This document shows, piece by piece, positions 36,579 to 40,407 of a DNA stretch of 40,407 nt. The stretch covers positions 1 through 40,407 of the forward strand of contig JAVYWZ010000008.1 in the NCBI GenBank assembly GCA_038877255.1. Reading direction: 5' to 3'. The DNA comes from Candidatus Micrarchaeaceae archaeon. Its GTDB lineage: Archaea > Micrarchaeota > Micrarchaeia > Micrarchaeales > CABMGC01. The position numbers were made by a program, and so were the translations under genes. The notes under the pieces were generated by a model, which saw only the letters and a program-made list of their open reading frames with translations, made no database searches and was not told the origin of the DNA. The number at the start of each line of letters is the position of its first letter. Positions within the stretch are counted from its first letter, which is position 1.

Positions 36579-37298
36579 TTAGCGCTTAATTGATGACAAG
36601 TCTTTTATTCTGCTTAACTGCTCGTTTAGAAGATAGAAAACAGCGTCGCCAAGGCTTTCAAATTTTCCGTTACTGTAAAATTCAAGAATCTTTTCTGCTG
36701 CCTCGCGAGTTTCTTTAGGATGAGGTCCAATATATGTTCCTGTGAGATCTTCTAGCAACTGTCTTGTTTCTTTAAGAAGATCTATTAAATCACGCAGCCA
36801 ACTACTTATTTCTTCGGGGGTTTGCCCGTCTTTCATGCTACCATTGAGTTCTTTAATAGCCGCCTTAAGCTTTTCAACTACTTCACTTTTGCTAAATTCT
36901 TTACCTTCGCTCTTGGTTAAATATAATATTTCAAACAAAAAGCTAGCGCCTTCTGGGAAAAACGCCAGTGATTTATCATTAATGGTCAGTTTTCCTGGTC
37001 CTTTAACAGCATTTATATAATCTTGAAATATCTTGTGCAACAGTTCGTGAACGAGAAGAGACTGAATTTTGTTAGCATAGCTTTCATCAATGTAAATGTC
37101 CTTATCATAAGGCAGTCTTATAGAGTCGCTATGTGGGTTATAATGGAAATATTCAGTAGTCTCTGAAAAATAAAATTTTATGTCGCTTTTATCAGTATAT
37201 TTTATCAGTTCTACAGGAAGCGACTTACTCAAAAAATCATACGCTATGTTAAGATAATCGCCTACTCGTTCTTCTATTACCTCTTTCTCTCTTTGCAT
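36579..37298 (-). CDS. Putative zincin (HEXXH) metallopeptidase, orphan
   Basis: FHYNP....I.LP, LVHELLH, downstream PEGAS. Confidence 0.7.
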   Translation of the reverse strand: MQREKEVIEERVGDYLNIAYDFLSKSLPVELIKYTDKSDIKFYFSETTEYFHYNPHSDSIRLPYDKDIYIDESYANKIQSLLVHELLHKIFQDYINAVKGPGKLTINDKSLAFFPEGASFLFEILYLTKSEGKEFSKSEVVEKLKAAIKELNGSMKDGQTPEEISSWLRDLIDLLKETRQLLEDLTGTYIGPHPKETREAAEKILEFYSNGKFESLGDAVFYLLNEQLSRIKDLSSIKR

Positions 37299-37371
37299 AT
37301 AAATAATTATGTCTTACCCGATATAAAAACATTGGCATTGCCAATATGCAACCAGAGTGTGGAACCAACTT

Positions 37372-37713
37372 TCACTCGTGCTCGGCATAGAATTCCGGCT
37401 CCAAATCATCGACTATGTTTTTCTCATATTCTTTGTTCTTTAAGATCTCATCTAAAGTTTCGCTGTTTACCTTTGCGTACTCCAATGCGCCTTTCGACAT
37501 AGCGTAGGAGCCCGGACAAAGCATACCCGGCCTTATCGTTATCGCATCCGGATTCATACTCAGTATCTCTGCCATTGTTGCTTCTTTGCTTCCGAAGCCG
37601 CCGTTTTCATGCTCGTGCAGCACGCCAGTTTGGTCGTCGTAAAGATATACATACATCGCCGCATCAAGCGGAACTAGCCGCTTATCAAAATCAGTGGGTA
37701 TTGCGATTTTCAT
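37372..37713 (-). CDS. NifB/NifX-like (FeMo-co-binding fold) small protein
   Basis: MKIAIPTD, YLYD......HEN, CPGS. Confidence 0.6.
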   Translation of the reverse strand: MKIAIPTDFDKRLVPLDAAMYVYLYDDQTGVLHEHENGGFGSKEATMAEILSMNPDAITIRPGMLCPGSYAMSKGALEYAKVNSETLDEILKNKEYEKNIVDDLEPEFYAEHE

Positions 37714-37844
37714 AGTATCTTTTATAACTTAGTAATATTTGTTTTTATATGTTTGTTTTTTGCCGAAGAATGTACGCCTGTACAGACATGTTGCTATTAT
37801 TAATAAATAATGATTATAGACAGCAATTGTCAGTAGGCAAGTTT

Positions 37845-38690
37845 ATGCGTAATTCGCGCAAAGAACAAAAAGGAAATGGCAAAGCTGTTCATTTCTTGAA
37901 TCCCAGAGCAGCACAGAGACTGAAGAGGCGCAAAACCAGTTTTATGCTACTTCTTACACTTTTCAGCATAATAATTGTGGCCCTGATCTTGCTCTGTGCC
38001 ATTTACATACTGAATTCAGGCAACATAGGTTCATATTTCAATGGCTCCTCATACGTTCTTATCAACAACACAGTAAATGGCAATTTCAGTGCCTTACTCT
38101 GGGCCGATTATGCAAGCCAAAATTCGATAGGTGTTTTGCTTTCTAGCGGTGTAGGTGAGAATGAGCATTCTGCATGGTACATAGGTGATGGTGGAGAGCT
38201 TCTCAACAAAACTGCTTGTGGAATTTTCAGCAACCAAAAAACATATGGCAACTTTACCGCTGGCTGGAGATTTGCGGCAATTCCACAGCTTGAGCCAGGG
38301 CACTGGTACCAGATCGCATGCGTCTACAATAGCTCTTCAGTATCTTTGTTTGTCAATGGTACAATGGTTGCAAGGACAAATACAAATTACACTATAGAGC
38401 ATGCAAACATAATAGAGATAGGAAAAAGGACCTCTACATTTTATCTTAATGGCACAGTGCCAACATACGCTTATTACAAAGGGTATATTGAAAATATACA
38501 GGTATACGCGCGCGCACTAAGCCAAAAAGAGATAAGCAGATTATATAAAGAAGGGCCTGCAGGCAAACCGTTAGAAAATGTCAGCATCTACGTGCCACTT
38601 GCCGGTGTAAAAACAAATAAAGGAGCTTTGGTGCCTTATTTCCTTAGAGGCATAGAATTAGAAGGCAGTGTTGAATACGCAAAGCCATGA
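37845..38690 (+). CDS. Membrane-anchored LamG/concanavalin-like protein
   Basis: Basic N-terminus, TM, WYQIA.VY.....LFVNG, IG, YKG.IENIQVYARALS..EI..LY. Confidence 0.85.
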   Translation: MRNSRKEQKGNGKAVHFLNPRAAQRLKRRKTSFMLLLTLFSIIIVALILLCAIYILNSGNIGSYFNGSSYVLINNTVNGNFSALLWADYASQNSIGVLLSSGVGENEHSAWYIGDGGELLNKTACGIFSNQKTYGNFTAGWRFAAIPQLEPGHWYQIACVYNSSSVSLFVNGTMVARTNTNYTIEHANIIEIGKRTSTFYLNGTVPTYAYYKGYIENIQVYARALSQKEISRLYKEGPAGKPLENVSIYVPLAGVKTNKGALVPYFLRGIELEGSVEYAKP

Positions 38691-38742
38691 TTCATGTGCC
38701 TATGCAAAAGTAATATAAATTTTTATAACAGAGTAATAAAAT

Positions 38743-40286
38743 ATGGAATTTAAAATAAAAGAGCACAGCGATAAACGGTGTTGATCCTATTAATGATGGC
38801 TTTGTTAATAATTATGATAGAAAACTTCTAGAAGAATTTGACAAAAAGATATACTCCAAAGTGCCACATCTGCTTGATGGGCGCATAATCAACACGACGC
38901 CTCTTGCAAATATAACAAATACAATAACAGGTGCAGCAAGCGCTTGCGGCATTGTTATAAAGCCAGATTCTGATTATGCCATATTTGCAAAGCAGGAATG
39001 GTGCATGCCGAGCGGCTCAATAAAGATGCGGCCAGCTGCAGAAATTATAAGAAATGCGATAATAGAAGGCAAGCTCAAATCTGGCATGACTGTCTTTGAG
39101 GCAACTTCTGGCAATTTTGGTATTGCGCTATCACAGCTAGCGGAATTTGGAATAAAAATTGTGAGTATAGTATCGCGCAAGCTCGACTCTGGGGTAATTG
39201 AAATGCTCGATAGAAATGGCGTAAAGATAATTTACGCAAACACAGAAATATGCCCTGTGCCTGGGTTGCAAAACAGCAGCGTTCGCGACATATCAATAAT
39301 AAACAACGTATTAAGCCAGCTCGATTCTTTGGGCTTTGACACTTTTAAAATAAACCATGTTCGTAACAGGCTCTATGAAGCAATATATGAGCAAGATTCT
39401 ATCGCTATGGCTAAATTGCTTGCAGAAGCATATGGTGGCTTTTGCCCAAATCAGTACGCAAACAATGACAATTTACTTGCATACAGAGAGGTATTAGGAA
39501 AGGAACTAGATCAGCAATTGAAAGAGTTTGGTTATAACCCAGAGGATTTCAAGGTTGTATGCGCGTTTGGCACTGGAGGCACTTCTACAGGGCTTAGTCA
39601 ACACGCGCTGCAGCATTATGGAATCAAAAACGTAATAGTTGCATTCCCTCTACAAGGGCAGGACGTTGCAGGAATACGCACAAAGGAAAATGCAACCGCA
39701 TTGCCATTTTATAAGCCAGATATGTATTACAAAGAAGTTAGGATAGATTTCAGCAAGGCAAAAGAGTTGCAGAGTTATTTGCGCACAAAAGGCCTCGATA
39801 TAGGAGAAAGCAGTGCGCTTGTGCTTTATGCTGCTATGCAAGAGATTGCAAGAGGCGAAAAACGAATTGTAGCGATACTAGCAGATAGCAACAAAAAGTA
39901 TCAAAATTATGCACCTGGCAAGGAATTTTCTCTTGAAGAGATAAAAGAAAAAAGGCTGACCTTTGGCACAGTAATCTGGGCGCACCCTGCATATGCGCCA
40001 AATGCAGACGCAATATCAATAATCGCCAAGGCATTCAATAAAGAGATAGAAGAAATAAAAGTAATCAAGGCAGAAACAGTAGCAAGAGTAATAGACGGCA
40101 ACTATGATGGCTTAGATATTGGCAATGATAATGCGATAGCCGTTTGCGTCGGTGGCATTGCGTCAAAAAAAATTTGCAGAGGCACTGGCGAAGAGGGGCG
40201 TGCAGATAACGAGCCTGAAGGGCGGGCTCATTGCGCTGGCTTCTGAATTAAGCCCTGAAAGTCACATAGAGGACCTTATCGAATAG
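38743..40286 (+). pseudogene. PLP-dependent cysteine synthase-like enzyme fused to a rhodanese-like domain, with two single-base frameshifts
   Basis: GSIK.RPA, EATSGNFG, NQY.N..N, FGTGGT, GESS, ILADS; upstream MEFKIK is out of frame by one base; after the A8 run at 40165-40172 the alternative frame gives FAEALAKRGVQITSLKGGL to TAG 40286. Confidence 0.75.
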
Positions 40287-40308
40287 CGCGCTTGTCTTCT
40301 TTTGCTTT

Positions 40309-40407
40309 CTACAAATACAAAACCAGCATCAACAATGCTATTGCAATGAACAATACGCCAGTAACTAGATGCAGATACTGTTTTATTCTTGTACCTCTGC
40401 TCCTTAA
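40309..40407 (-). CDS. C-terminus of a membrane protein (partial)
   Basis: LRSRGTRIKQYLHLVTGVLFIAIALLMLVLYL* runs off the window edge. Confidence 0.6.
   Translation of the reverse strand, partial: LRSRGTRIKQYLHLVTGVLFIAIALLMLVLYL

Overview
Archaeal chromosomal window, most likely a DPANN archaeon of the Micrarchaeota (ARMAN-like) type. This is inferred from two histones, aRF1, L7Ae/S28e/L24e, TYW1, AglH, a compact archaeal RNase P RNA, GGTGA-type ribosome-binding sites and a P3A H+-ATPase. Layout: (1) 0.2-1.9 kb, a decayed mobile/defence patch with a frameshifted DDE transposase, a broken PUA/EVE-like gene, a MazG-like pyrophosphatase and the C-terminus of a solo-Cas1. (2) 2.1-16.8 kb, housekeeping genes plus an RNase P RNA missed by the ORF track. 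(3) An internally deleted IS200/IS605 tnpB element apparently inserted inside the TATA box of tRNA-Leu(TAG). (4) A five-gene operon R15P isomerase-form III RuBisCO-AMP phosphorylase-phosphoglycerate mutase-enolase. (5) A DtxR regulator with its operator and a NiCoT-like transporter, a phosphodiesterase, a membrane-tethered HTH-DUF4382 regulator and a P-type H+-ATPase. (6) A 32.4-37.3 kb accessory island of unrelated enzyme-like orphans (TIKI/EreA-like, transglutaminase-like, HEXXH) sharing a homologous promoter/leader cassette, interleaved with a decayed 16S rRNA 3'-end fragment and a transposase remnant. (7) NifX-like, LamG and a doubly frameshifted cysteine-synthase/rhodanese-like gene. All calls come from reading motifs by eye; no database searches were run.
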